Shown in pieces: positions 1 to 10,276 of a stretch of DNA of 64,000 nucleotides. Within the stretch, counting starts at the first letter, position 1. Each line of letters starts with the position of its first letter. This DNA is from Chthoniobacterales bacterium (GTDB taxonomy: Bacteria > Verrucomicrobiota > Verrucomicrobiia > Chthoniobacterales > UBA6821): NCBI GenBank assembly GCA_019747735.1, contig JAIEQL010000014.1, positions 73,013 through 137,012 on the forward strand. The letters are read 5' to 3'. The translations under genes and the position numbers were made by a program. The notes under the pieces are model-generated. The model saw only the letters and a program-made list of their open reading frames with translations, was not told the origin of the DNA and did not search any database.

Positions 1-3000
1 CGCTTTTAGTTGCTCCCATGCGCGTGAGCGCGATGATGGAAGCGGACAAAAAAAAGGAGCGTAAAGAGTCGGGTGGTTCTAAAGAAACTCTCAAAAAGAA
101 CACCGACGAAAAGTGGTCTGAGGCCCATGAAAAAACAGCTGAAAGAGTTAACAATCCTGCGGCTAATAACAACACAGAGACTGAGGGTGAGATGTTTATT
201 GAGAAGAAAGAGATCATCGAGGGTGAGGCTCTGCAATCGTTTCCCAATGCTGATGCTAGGCTGAACTTGTCAGAATCTCACGCTGATGAAGAAAGCGACG
301 ATAACTCTCTTTTAAATATAGCGACCTTGGAACAAAGAATCCAAGAGGCTCGGGAGATCATTGCTGATTTGGGTGGAAAAGGAACAGCGATTTCAGAAGA
401 AGAACTCTGCGATCTTTTTAAAAAATGGTCAGAGCGAAACGAGCGTTACCAAAGAGAATTGCAGTCAAGTGATCTTGAGCATAGAAACGATATTGGACTA
501 ATTGCAAAACAGCAAATCGAAGATCGGCTAACAGAGCTTGTACAGGCTTCCGGCAAGGCTGTGGAGGCGCTTCAACAAAGCTTAGAGAACTTTACTCGAA
601 ATAACGCAACGCGTGCTGGTAATCCCAGCTGTTTGAAAGATTCACAGCGCTGGTTTATCGAAAAGAAAACAGCTCCAGTAGCAGAGGCTGTGTTAGACGA
701 ACAACAACAACCATATTTTCTAGAATGTCTTGCACGCGTAGTCACAAGGGCCTCACTCAAAGAAGATCCTCACTATGCTCTCGCAGAGGTCCTCTGGGAC
801 GAACGAGAACAAGCATGGGAAAAACATCATGAATACTACAAACTCAAGCAACAAAAAAAGAACGCCTTAATTATCGCCCAAGAAAAAGCCAAACAAGCCC
901 TTGAAGTAGATGAAAAGAGAGATGAGACACAGCTTGGTCAATTTAAACAGAAACTAGAACAAGTGGCCCAAGCACTCCACTACGTTCCCGAACCACATAC
1001 CCAGCTCCTTGCGACAGGAATGGACACAGCAGCTTCTGCGGTTGATTGGATCAACTTCATCTGGACAAAGCACAGACTCCACCAAGTAAGAGCAGACGAA
1101 AATGAGGCAATTAAAGCTCACCAAAAAGCAAAAGAGGCGGCTAAAGGTGCCACCATCAATATCACTGGGAATCAGCCTGAAGAGACTGAGAAGAGACTGC
1201 TTGAGCAAGAAAAAGAAACCACAAAACAACTAGCCAATGGGCTAAGACCTCAAGCAGGTTGGGGAGAACATGCATGGGAAAGCTGGAGCAATCGACTGCT
1301 AGGAGATCTTTCCTATGATGAGAAAAGAGACTTTATTCGACAGGGCCAAGAGAGCCAAAAAAGCCGAGGCTGGATCGTAGAGCAAAGTGCCACGGCTTGG
1401 AAAGACCGACAGAACGAATCCAAAAAACAACTAGAACTCCTTACTCGCGAAAACAAAAAAGTGATTGCCTCACTTGAGACGGCTCATCATCGCTTAGAAA
1501 AAAACCTCCAAGAAAAAGTTAAAAAAAGCGAAAATCAACGGGATCTTTTTCAAGAAGCACATGCTAAAGCAATAAAATATAAAAAACGCATCGAAACCTT
1601 CTTGGAAGAATATTCTCAAGAGCAAAGCAAAGAATGGAACCAGCGAAAAATTGATCAAGCCCAAGAAACTTTTCGAAGTGATTTTAACAACCTCATTGAC
1701 AACTACAGGTGGATAGGAAAACACGAAGCAAGTTGGAACGAGTCTCTAGAGCTTCAAGGGCAGGCAATACTCGAGGCTAAGAAAACCTCCCAAAAACACG
1801 AATCAACGTTTAAAAAATACCAACGTCTTCTCCATCGCGCAGAGAGGCAGTTAGAAAACGACCAAGAACAACTTCGACAAGTCTGGCCCGAGTACGATAC
1901 CACCTTTCGTCCCTACTTGGCATGGGAACTCCCTTTTCATGAAGAAACCATCTCCGCCTCCATACCAGTAAAAACTACTTTCAAAAAAAGTGGCATCATC
2001 GAACCTCCCGTTATTCCTAAAGAAGAACGGGAAGTAAAAGGACGCCATTTGCTCTATCAGTTTCAACGAGCTATAGAAAAAGAACTCAATTTTTCTTTAA
2101 TTGCTCCTTTAGGGCTTCAAGAAGAGGGCGAACAAATTTCTCCTTCCAAAACAGAAACCATCTCCTCTTCCAAGAGCGATATAAAAAGCGAAACAAGCGA
2201 AGAGAGAACACTCTCCCCTTATGAAGCGCTTCTAGTCTGGAGCAGAGAGCAAGTGAATAAACCCTCTATTGCTGATAGACAACGTTGGAAAGCACGCAAG
2301 CAATTTGAAGAAGCGCATCAAGAAACGAGAAAACTTTTTCGACTTTTAGAAGAGCGTAAAAACTATCTAGTAGAAGAACAAGGAGCATCAAGAACTCTTA
2401 AAGGAGAGTTCAACAAATCAGATAAAGGAAACGCTTCAGCTGAAAATTTGAAACTTACCCCAGAAGCATTGGCCTCCCATGCCAAGCAATACCGTCTTGT
2501 AACGCAAAAAGAAGATAAACCTTTAGCAGAAGTAGCAACCAATGCTTCCTGGAGAACAAAGTTCACAGAAAAAACGCGCTCCTTTTTTAGTCGCTTTACA
2601 ACAAGCACTGGAACCGTTTTTGAAAACCGCTCCTTAACAGTGGCCTCCATTGAACTACAAATCCAACAAGCACTCCCTATTGAAAAAAAAGCTGAAGAGC
2701 GATGGTTAACCTTGATGAACCATGCAGAAGTAGCTCGCTCTGCTCGAGAGAAAAACTCACTGGGCACTCCAAAACAGATAGAAAAAATCTGGGCAGAAGC
2801 AGATCATGCGGCTCTTAAAAAACAGCAAGAAGCAGAAGGTCTTCTTCAAGAAAAAAGAGAGGCCGATGCAATGCAAACGCATTGGGACGAAAGCAACCTG
2901 CGCTGGAGAGCTCTTGCTGAAGAAATCCAAGCAGGCAAAGAAGGAAGAGCACCAGCACTATTGTGGGACCACTACGCACAACAACAGGCAAGTATCCTCA

Positions 3001-5648
3001 CGGCTCAAAAAAAAGGAGGAACAGCCCTCACTGGCGCTCTAGAAAAACTAAAAGCCTTTGATGAAGCTGTCCTAACACGCTGGCATCAACTTCAAAGCCC
3101 CAAAGCAATTGATACTCCAGAAGAAGACTACCTCAATCAACTCAGCCTCACTCTTAATAAAAAAGGAGAAGAGATTTTTAAAACAGCCGTGACGTGTGAA
3201 CTAGGAATTAAAAAATATAAACAACTTACCAAACAAGAAGCACTCCGAGCCGCAAGAGAAAACACTCCAAAAGCAGCCGAGGCTTGGAAAGAACGCATTC
3301 GAGACAACCAAGAAAAAATAGAGACATGGGAAAAGAAATGTGCTGATGACATAACTTCCAAACAAGAAACCTCAGAAACAAGAAACATTCGAGACCTTCT
3401 CCCACAACTACGAGGAATCCTGGAAGCCGATCAAAAAGCTCAATCACTTTTTGAAGAAGAAGAAAGACGCCTCAGCCGCATTGAGAAAATTTGGAAAAGC
3501 ATCCAAGAGGCAAAAGAAAAAGCAACCTTCCAAAAAGCCCAAGAGGCCGCTCTACGCTACCATCAAGGAGATCGAAGGTCCTGGGAAGAAGAACTGACCG
3601 AAGAAGAACGCCAGGCTTACAACAACCACCTCGATAAAAAAAATCAATCGTATGACCAAAAACTAGCTAATGAAGAGAGAGAGCTAGAACAAACCCGTCA
3701 AATCCTCGAAGAGAAACAGCAAAAAACAGAACGATTTCTTTCTCGTCTTGTAGGAGGAATTACAGGGCAACAGCAGGCAACACTAGATGCCATCAGGGAG
3801 GCACAAGAACATTATGATAGAGGCTATCAACAATGGGCTGAACAAAAAGAAGAACTCCAATGGGGAAGTTTTGAAACAGCGGAAGAATATCAAAAAGCAA
3901 TAGCTCAAAAACGTCAGGAAATTACTACACGAGAGAAAAGAAAAAACGAAAAAATATTTTTAAACGTTGTTAGCTCTGTGTTAGCAGAAGGTGCTCCACT
4001 GTTTGCAGAAGAAGGGACATTTGTTCGAGCTGCATATGATAATGCGGTCAAGTATTGGAACAATTCTGCTCAAAGGAGGTTGTCTGGAAAAACGGGGAGC
4101 TGGTTTTGGACAGTAGCAGCCTTTAACAATCTTAATAATAGACTCAAGGGAAAAGAGGGAGTCTCTGCAGCGTATCAACAAAATCTTGTTAAGTACATTT
4201 TGGACCTGGTCATTGCTTATGAAAAAGCTGCCAAGCAAGAGAAAGCTGCTCAATTCCAGATAGCAGATTCTTATCACAAAGCAATTTTTTCGTACTATGG
4301 AGCAATCGAAAACGAAAGAGAGGCCTTTGTCTCATCAGAAGAGGGAGAGAACGAGTTAGCACAGTATGAAAGACAGCTTTCCTCTTATCAAAATAGTCTG
4401 GGAGATGTCTATTTCCAAATGGCCAGACAAGCAGCGAAAAATCCGCAACACGTTGAAAACTACCGTCAAGCCATCCCTTTTTATAAGCAAGCAATAGAGA
4501 ATGAAGAGGCTGCGATAACTTCATTTCAAGCAGGAGAGAAGAAGCTAGCAGAGCATCAAGAAGCTCTTTCTGTGTTACAACAGGCTCTTGGAGAGACTTA
4601 TTGGCTTGCAGCACGTGAAGAAGCAACAGGAAATCTGTATCACGCAGAAAATTATCGCCCAGCCATTTTTTTATATGAGCAAGCAATAGAGAGTTACAAA
4701 GCTGCGATAGTCTTCTTTCATGCGGGGGAGAAAGAACTAGCAAAGTATCAAAAAGATCTTTCTGATTCTCAACGTAAGGTGGGATCTGAATATTTCACTG
4801 CAGCATTTCTAGGAGCAGGAGATAATATGCAGAATGCAAAAAACACTCTTAAAGAGATCCCTCGTCTTGAACAGTTGGTGGAAAATCGAAAGCAACTTGT
4901 CAATTATCAACATAATCTAAGAAATGCCAATTGCTCTGCAATCGAGCAAGAAGCAGCAGGGAAGCCTCAGTTTGCAGTTGGTTATCGCCAAGCGGTTCCT
5001 TTTTTTACACAAGCAATAGAGAGCACAAAAGCTGCCATAGACTCATCCTACGGGAATGAAAGCAAAAGAGAACTAGCAGAGTATCAAGGATTGCTTTCTA
5101 CTTGTTATAACTATGAGGGATGTAGCCATCATTGGAATGTTTATTATCAAGTTAAAGAAAAACCTCCACTAGCTTCTTTAGCCTTAGAGATAGGTTCTTT
5201 TTCTAAGAATGCTGTCACCAATCAAGAGGCTGTTTTAGCTTTTTGGAGTCAGGCTGAATTAGCTGCTCCTTGGGATCGAGGAAAGCTGCGAGCATTGGCA
5301 TCTATACAACAAGAGAAGACACTCTTTATTTTACTCAAGGTAAATACATGGCGCTGGGAAATAGTTCGCCAAGATCAGAGTGAGACAAAAGTTCCTGATT
5401 CTAGAAAAGAAGAAGAGGCAAGATTAAGTGAAGTTGTCGCTCTTTATGATCAGCTTTTTTCTGCTTACCAAAAAGCACCTTGGGAGCTTTCTACCAAAGA
5501 GAGGGAACGAACCACATTATTGAGTAAAGCCTGGAAAACTTATAATGAGGCCATAGAGCGTCTTGGTGAAAACAGAACAGAGGAAGCTCTGCAATTAAAG
5601 CGCGAGGTTGAAGAATACCTCCGAGCTGTTCTACTGAATTATCCTTAA
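1..5648 (+). CDS. giant secreted K/E/Q/W-rich alpha-helical repeat protein, paralog 1 (5' end cut by window edge)
   Basis: The open frame continues upstream of the listed Met: nt 3-17 read LLVAP before MRVSAMM, matching the signal-peptide ends of the ORFs at 37445..40300 and 40539..44312. Shares their N-terminal module. No recognisable catalytic domain. Confidence 0.8.
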   Translation, partial: LLVAPMRVSAMMEADKKKERKESGGSKETLKKNTDEKWSEAHEKTAERVNNPAANNNTETEGEMFIEKKEIIEGEALQSFPNADARLNLSESHADEESDDNSLLNIATLEQRIQEAREIIADLGGKGTAISEEELCDLFKKWSERNERYQRELQSSDLEHRNDIGLIAKQQIEDRLTELVQASGKAVEALQQSLENFTRNNATRAGNPSCLKDSQRWFIEKKTAPVAEAVLDEQQQPYFLECLARVVTRASLKEDPHYALAEVLWDEREQAWEKHHEYYKLKQQKKNALIIAQEKAKQALEVDEKRDETQLGQFKQKLEQVAQALHYVPEPHTQLLATGMDTAASAVDWINFIWTKHRLHQVRADENEAIKAHQKAKEAAKGATINITGNQPEETEKRLLEQEKETTKQLANGLRPQAGWGEHAWESWSNRLLGDLSYDEKRDFIRQGQESQKSRGWIVEQSATAWKDRQNESKKQLELLTRENKKVIASLETAHHRLEKNLQEKVKKSENQRDLFQEAHAKAIKYKKRIETFLEEYSQEQSKEWNQRKIDQAQETFRSDFNNLIDNYRWIGKHEASWNESLELQGQAILEAKKTSQKHESTFKKYQRLLHRAERQLENDQEQLRQVWPEYDTTFRPYLAWELPFHEETISASIPVKTTFKKSGIIEPPVIPKEEREVKGRHLLYQFQRAIEKELNFSLIAPLGLQEEGEQISPSKTETISSSKSDIKSETSEERTLSPYEALLVWSREQVNKPSIADRQRWKARKQFEEAHQETRKLFRLLEERKNYLVEEQGASRTLKGEFNKSDKGNASAENLKLTPEALASHAKQYRLVTQKEDKPLAEVATNASWRTKFTEKTRSFFSRFTTSTGTVFENRSLTVASIELQIQQALPIEKKAEERWLTLMNHAEVARSAREKNSLGTPKQIEKIWAEADHAALKKQQEAEGLLQEKREADAMQTHWDESNLRWRALAEEIQAGKEGRAPALLWDHYAQQQASILTAQKKGGTALTGALEKLKAFDEAVLTRWHQLQSPKAIDTPEEDYLNQLSLTLNKKGEEIFKTAVTCELGIKKYKQLTKQEALRAARENTPKAAEAWKERIRDNQEKIETWEKKCADDITSKQETSETRNIRDLLPQLRGILEADQKAQSLFEEEERRLSRIEKIWKSIQEAKEKATFQKAQEAALRYHQGDRRSWEEELTEEERQAYNNHLDKKNQSYDQKLANEERELEQTRQILEEKQQKTERFLSRLVGGITGQQQATLDAIREAQEHYDRGYQQWAEQKEELQWGSFETAEEYQKAIAQKRQEITTREKRKNEKIFLNVVSSVLAEGAPLFAEEGTFVRAAYDNAVKYWNNSAQRRLSGKTGSWFWTVAAFNNLNNRLKGKEGVSAAYQQNLVKYILDLVIAYEKAAKQEKAAQFQIADSYHKAIFSYYGAIENEREAFVSSEEGENELAQYERQLSSYQNSLGDVYFQMARQAAKNPQHVENYRQAIPFYKQAIENEEAAITSFQAGEKKLAEHQEALSVLQQALGETYWLAAREEATGNLYHAENYRPAIFLYEQAIESYKAAIVFFHAGEKELAKYQKDLSDSQRKVGSEYFTAAFLGAGDNMQNAKNTLKEIPRLEQLVENRKQLVNYQHNLRNANCSAIEQEAAGKPQFAVGYRQAVPFFTQAIESTKAAIDSSYGNESKRELAEYQGLLSTCYNYEGCSHHWNVYYQVKEKPPLASLALEIGSFSKNAVTNQEAVLAFWSQAELAAPWDRGKLRALASIQQEKTLFILLKVNTWRWEIVRQDQSETKVPDSRKEEEARLSEVVALYDQLFSAYQKAPWELSTKERERTTLLSKAWKTYNEAIERLGENRTEEALQLKREVEEYLRAVLLNYP

Positions 5649-5661
5649 AACGTGAATGGGC

Positions 5662-5697
5662 GTGAATGAGATTTTGTAAGGACTTGGTTTTAAAATT
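5662..5697. repeat. partial copy of repeat family B core (gtgaatgagattttgtaaggacttggttttaaaatt)
   Basis: Matches the start of the family B core seen at 48219.. and, reverse-complemented, inside folK. Lies between two convergent stop codons. Confidence 0.5.
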
Positions 5698-5737
5698 CAA
5701 ATCCTATAGAAAACCCTCTAGCCTCCCAGCCTCTAGC

Positions 5738-7183
5738 CTATCTATGCGGATGCTTCTGATGCCACTGCGTCGATTGCTCATAAGCATGGGCAACCCGAAA
5801 GAGCGTTTTTTCTGCAAAGGAAGGACCTAAGAGCTGTAGTCCAATGGGCAGAGATGTCCCATGCTTTTCTGAAAAACCACAGGGAAGGCTCAAGCCACAG
5901 ATACCAGCTAGATTGGCGGCGATGGTAAAAATATCAGCAAGGTACATTTTGAGTGGATCTGCTGTTTTGGAGCCACAGGAAAAGGCAACTTCAGGAGAAG
6001 TTGGAGAAACAATGACATCTACTTTTTTAAAAGCTTCGTCAAAGTCCCGGCGAATCAGGGTGCGTACTTTTTGGGCGCGCAGATAATAGGCATCATAATA
6101 ACCGCTGGTAAGAACATAAGTCCCAAGAATGATGCGCCGTTTGACCTCAGCACCAAAACCTTCAGCGCGTGTTTTTTCGTAGAGAGAAAGCAGGTCGCCT
6201 TCGGTTTTAGTACGATGAGCATAACGGATGCCATCGAAGCGAGCTAGATTGGAAGAGGCTTCTGCAGTCACAATGATGTAATAAACAGAGACAGCATATT
6301 TTGTATGAGGCAATGAAATATCAATGAGCTCTGCGCCAAGTGAAGAGAGTTGCTTCATGGCGGCTTCTACAGAAGTGCGTACTTCTGGTTCGATACCATC
6401 AACAAAATATTCTTTAGGGACGCCAACGCGAAGGCCTTTTAAATCACGACCAATCTCCGCCGTGAAATCTTCGGAAGGTAACTTTAGAGAAGTGGAATCA
6501 TGAGGATCAAAACCGGCAATGGCGTTGAGAATGAGAGCGCTATCTTCGACTGTGTGGGTCAGTGGTCCAATTTGATCTAGAGAAGAGGCAAAGGCAATAA
6601 GACCATAGCGTGAAACTCGACCGTAAGTTGGCTTCATGCCGACACAACCACAAAGAGCAGCAGGTTGACGAATAGAGCCTCCCGTATCAGACCCAAGTGT
6701 TGCCATAGCCATGCCAGCAGCGACCGCAGCAGCAGAACCGCCGCTAGAACCACCTGGAATACGGCTGAGATCCCAAGGATTGTAAGTAGGGTGAAAAGCA
6801 GAGGATTCGGTGGATGATCCCATCGCAAACTCATCCATGTTAAGTCGGCCAAGGGGGTAAGCTCCTGCATTTCTCAGGGCACTGACAACAGTGGCATCGT
6901 AGGGAGAAAGGTATCCTTCCAAAATACGAGAAGAAGAGTGAGCGGGAGCATCTTTAACCACAATGGCATCTTTGATGCCAATGGGAATACCGCCCAGGGG
7001 CTTGCTTAAATCAGCGCTAGCAGCTTCTTGGGAGGCCTTTTCACTATCCCAAGAGAGGTAGGCTTTCACCTGGGGATTGACTTGCGTGATGCGTTGCTCC
7101 AGTTCTTGAAGTAATTCTTGCGGAGAAATTTTCTTAGCAACTAAAAGACGTCGTGACTCGGCGATAGAGAGAAAAGGATTCAT
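5738..7183 (-). CDS. gatA: Asp-tRNA(Asn)/Glu-tRNA(Gln) amidotransferase subunit A
   Basis: 481 aa with the amidase signature GGSSGGSAAAVA and typical GatA N- and C-termini. Lies directly downstream of gatC. Confidence 0.93.
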   Translation of the reverse strand: MNPFLSIAESRRLLVAKKISPQELLQELEQRITQVNPQVKAYLSWDSEKASQEAASADLSKPLGGIPIGIKDAIVVKDAPAHSSSRILEGYLSPYDATVVSALRNAGAYPLGRLNMDEFAMGSSTESSAFHPTYNPWDLSRIPGGSSGGSAAAVAAGMAMATLGSDTGGSIRQPAALCGCVGMKPTYGRVSRYGLIAFASSLDQIGPLTHTVEDSALILNAIAGFDPHDSTSLKLPSEDFTAEIGRDLKGLRVGVPKEYFVDGIEPEVRTSVEAAMKQLSSLGAELIDISLPHTKYAVSVYYIIVTAEASSNLARFDGIRYAHRTKTEGDLLSLYEKTRAEGFGAEVKRRIILGTYVLTSGYYDAYYLRAQKVRTLIRRDFDEAFKKVDVIVSPTSPEVAFSCGSKTADPLKMYLADIFTIAANLAGICGLSLPCGFSEKHGTSLPIGLQLLGPSFAEKTLFRVAHAYEQSTQWHQKHPHR

Positions 7184-7243
7184 TAGGAGATAGAAGCTAA
7201 AAAATGAAAATAGGAAGTCGATCTAAAACAAGAAAAGCATCTT

Positions 7244-7534
7244 CTAATCAAGGACTTTTGGGACAACAAAAAGTCCGTTGGCTTGGTGAGGAGCATTTTT
7301 AAGAATAGCTGTCTTTGGAAGGCTTTCTTGAGGCTCATCCTCACGGACGACGTCAAAGACTGAGATCGCATGAGCCATTGGCTCCACTGCTGAGAGATCA
7401 AGTTCATTGACCAGATTGACATGCTCTAAGACACGATCCAATTGTTGCTCAAAAAGCTCAGTTTCTTCAGGAGTCAGTCTAATGCGAGCTAGGCGAGCTA
7501 AATAAGTAACATCAAGGGAATGAGAGTGTGACAT
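7244..7534 (-). CDS. gatC: Asp/Glu-tRNA amidotransferase subunit C
   Basis: VTYLARLARIRLTPEE...FEQQL..VLEHV is typical of GatC. Start moved to the internal Met (MSHSHSLD); the longer listed ORF adds an unlikely leader. Confidence 0.85.
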   Translation of the reverse strand: MSHSHSLDVTYLARLARIRLTPEETELFEQQLDRVLEHVNLVNELDLSAVEPMAHAISVFDVVREDEPQESLPKTAILKNAPHQANGLFVVPKVLD

Positions 7535-7753
7535 ATCAGAAAAAGAGAACTTGAAATAATACACCGGGCTATTGAGCCTTAGCAAGCTGATCTACTCGTA
7601 TTTTTAAAAAATTTTGCAAAATTAAAAAAACGAGAATTGTAATCTCTTATTTTTTAAATCATGAAATTATTTTCCATTGCTATTACTTTCCCAATGTTAC
7701 AGATAATAGAGCGATTTTTTTATTGTTTTAGATAGTTATTAATTCGGTTCGGG

Positions 7754-8443
7754 CTAGAAAGTTGGCAACCTGACTTTCTTAGAATAAGCTGTCACATAAA
7801 TAGCAACAGTTGCTCCTACCCATGCGCCAGCTGCACAGTCTCCTAAAAAATGATAGTTATCTGCCAGGAGGCCAATAATAATAGCGCTCCCAAGTAGAAC
7901 TCCTAAATAGCGCACTACGCTCTGAGGAAAACTTAACCAAAGTGCCACCATCATGGCCACAGCAACTGTGGTATGGCCTGATGGGAAAGATTGGTAAATA
8001 ACTCCCTTGTGAAACCAATGAAAACCATAAGCATGATCATGAATAAGAGAAGGATTATTATTTGTCCATGTGTTTGGCCAGTAGCGACCAAAAGGTTCTT
8101 TTAACGCATCTTTAATGAAAATAGAAATAGAGACACTGTTAGCCACATTGAGAGAAGGCCATGCATGAGTGGAAGAGTTTAATCCTTTTTTTAGCGACTG
8201 CTGTTTTTCCTTCGAAAAAGAATAAGCAAAGTAACCATAATAAAGTACACTCCAAATGACAATTGCATCTACAATATGAGTAAAATAGTCAAAGATGGGA
8301 AACTGTCGGAAATTTTCATGATCCGACCAAAAAGCAAAAGCAGGGTCAGCCCAAAAATAACAGAATGTAATTAATAGTGCTGTTGGGATTAGCGAAAGGA
8401 GTGTTTTTTGAAATAAGGAAAGCGAAGTGAGGTTGTTATTCAT
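7754..8443 (-). CDS. PAP2-family membrane phosphatase
   Basis: Multi-pass hydrophobic protein carrying the PAP2 motifs KD..KEPFGR..P, PSGH and H..GD. Confidence 0.75.
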   Translation of the reverse strand: MNNNLTSLSLFQKTLLSLIPTALLITFCYFWADPAFAFWSDHENFRQFPIFDYFTHIVDAIVIWSVLYYGYFAYSFSKEKQQSLKKGLNSSTHAWPSLNVANSVSISIFIKDALKEPFGRYWPNTWTNNNPSLIHDHAYGFHWFHKGVIYQSFPSGHTTVAVAMMVALWLSFPQSVVRYLGVLLGSAIIIGLLADNYHFLGDCAAGAWVGATVAIYVTAYSKKVRLPTF

Positions 8444-8467
8444 AATATAGAAATTGATTAATAAATA

Positions 8468-9187
8468 TTAGCTTAATTCATTTTTATAACGTTGAATTGT
8501 TTTTTCAAAACCTAAATAAAGAGCGTCACAAATGAGAGCGTGACCAATACTGACTTCATCAAGCCAAGAGATATGGTCTTTGAAAAACTTTAAGTTCTGT
8601 AAATCTAAGTCATGACCAGCATTGAGTCCTAATCCTAGTTCTTTTGCTTTTTGAGCTGCAGCAAGATAGGGGAAGATAGCTTCTTCTCCTTTACCAAGAG
8701 CATATTGTGTGGCATACTGTTGGGTATAAAGCTCAATGCGATCAGCACCCGTGTCGGCTCCGCCCGCAACCATATCGCTATTAGGGTCCACAAAAACAGA
8801 AACTCTAATATTTGCTTTTTGAAAAATAGGGATGATATCTTGTAGGTATTTTTTATTACTAATGGTGTCCCAACCGTGGTTTGAAGTAAGTTGACCTAAA
8901 GTATCAGGAACAAGGGTTACTTGGTGAGGGGATATCTCTAAGACAAGATCAACAAATTTTTCCTCTCTAGGATTGCCTTCGATATTAAATTCTGTGGTGA
9001 TGATTTTTTTAATTTGGCGTACATCTTCATAACGAATATGCCTCTCATCAGGGCGAGGATGGACGGTAATCCCATCTGCTCCGAAGCGCTGAGCATCAAT
9101 GGCCATTTTAATAACATCAGGATTATTCTCACCGCGAGAATTGCGCAAGGTGGCAATTTTATTAATATTAACGGAGAGTTTGGTCAT
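8468..9187 (-). CDS. pdxJ: pyridoxine 5'-phosphate synthase
   Basis: 239 aa; LSVNINKIATLRN(S)RG, HPRPDERHI and AGHDL are PdxJ hallmarks. Confidence 0.92.
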   Translation of the reverse strand: MTKLSVNINKIATLRNSRGENNPDVIKMAIDAQRFGADGITVHPRPDERHIRYEDVRQIKKIITTEFNIEGNPREEKFVDLVLEISPHQVTLVPDTLGQLTSNHGWDTISNKKYLQDIIPIFQKANIRVSVFVDPNSDMVAGGADTGADRIELYTQQYATQYALGKGEEAIFPYLAAAQKAKELGLGLNAGHDLDLQNLKFFKDHISWLDEVSIGHALICDALYLGFEKTIQRYKNELS

Positions 9188-9693
9188 GTTGATAGGTTGA
9201 AGGGCGATACGACACCAACATAAATATCAAGAACAGTGTTCTTGGGGTCACTGGCACGTTTATCATAGACTTCAAAATCGGCACAATAATTTCTGGTGCC
9301 ACCTAACTCTTCTGCTGTCATAGCCCAGATTTTTTGCCAAGCTTCAATGCAAATAGAGGGCATCGCTCCTGACTCTGTTGTGAATTTAACATAATTTTGA
9401 GCTGGTATAAGCAGCGGGACAAGACCGTTAAGAAGGGCCTCAAAAGAGGAGACCTCTTCACCAACAAAATAAGTGTAATCACCGGTAAAATCAGTCTCAT
9501 AATCGGTATAAACACAATAAGTTGCCCCAGGGTTTTGGCGATAAGGAATGCGATCTTGACACATAGTGCCAAAATAGTTTTGAAGTGTAAGAGGAATCTT
9601 AGCTGTCGTAGGATCCATCTCGGATTTATTATTAGTACGGCACGTGAGCCCAATAAGTTTCAGTTCTGGTAGTGCTAAGGTAGTTTTTTTCAT
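9184..9693 (-). CDS. GyrI-like / AraC effector-binding-domain small-molecule-binding protein
   Basis: 169 aa. The pattern L.G...R......MDP...I........F is typical of stand-alone GyrI-like (Cass2-like) proteins. Overlaps pdxJ by 4 nt. Confidence 0.6.
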   Translation of the reverse strand: MKKTTLALPELKLIGLTCRTNNKSEMDPTTAKIPLTLQNYFGTMCQDRIPYRQNPGATYCVYTDYETDFTGDYTYFVGEEVSSFEALLNGLVPLLIPAQNYVKFTTESGAMPSICIEAWQKIWAMTAEELGGTRNYCADFEVYDKRASDPKNTVLDIYVGVVSPFNLST

Positions 9694-9734
9694 AAGGTGT
9701 TAACTATTGATATGCTGAAAGTTTGATTTTGATT

Positions 9735-10247
9735 TTAAAGATAACGATGATAACAAATTTCGTCTATAGTAATTCCAAGAAGCTCTCGAACACGCTTATT
9801 GCCATTAGATTTCCAATGCCGCGATTCATAAAAACGAATTGCTCGGATATTTGTTGGCAATGTCCATAATATTGCCTCCTCAAATCCATCTTTTTGAAGT
9901 TGATTAAGAGCACGATCTAATATTACAGATCCAAAGCCTTGATTCCAAGAAATGGGGTCAATGTTAAGCGCGATAATTTCACCGACCTTGGAGGAGTTCT
10001 CTGTATTTGAACTACCAAATACTATAAAACCTCTTACCTTGCTATCGAGCTCAATAACAAAAATATTTTTATTTTCTTGAAACTTAGCAAGCTTTTTAGC
10101 CCACATGGCTTGACGCTCTGAAATAGTGAGCTTGTCTAAGTAAGCTTGAGGCATCAACCCAGAATAAGCTTTCTGCCATGATCTCACATGAACAGAGCCA
10201 AGGTCCTTGGCATCTGTAAGCTGAGCTGCTCGGACATTGAAATTCAT
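9735..10247 (-). CDS. GNAT-family N-acetyltransferase
   Basis: 170 aa with the acetyl-CoA binding motif (NQGFGSVILDRALNQLQKDGFEEAILW). Confidence 0.8.
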   Translation of the reverse strand: MNFNVRAAQLTDAKDLGSVHVRSWQKAYSGLMPQAYLDKLTISERQAMWAKKLAKFQENKNIFVIELDSKVRGFIVFGSSNTENSSKVGEIIALNIDPISWNQGFGSVILDRALNQLQKDGFEEAILWTLPTNIRAIRFYESRHWKSNGNKRVRELLGITIDEICYHRYL

Positions 10248-10276
10248 AAAACTAAAGTAACTTTCAAACCTACTGT

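Noticed and set aside
4210-4743. 177-aa minus-strand ORF, plus several 60-130-aa ORFs inside 1..5648, 37445..40300 and 40539..44312
   Set aside because: They are antisense to the giant ORFs. K/E-rich coding (GAA/AAG-rich) automatically leaves long open antisense frames rich in F, L and S.
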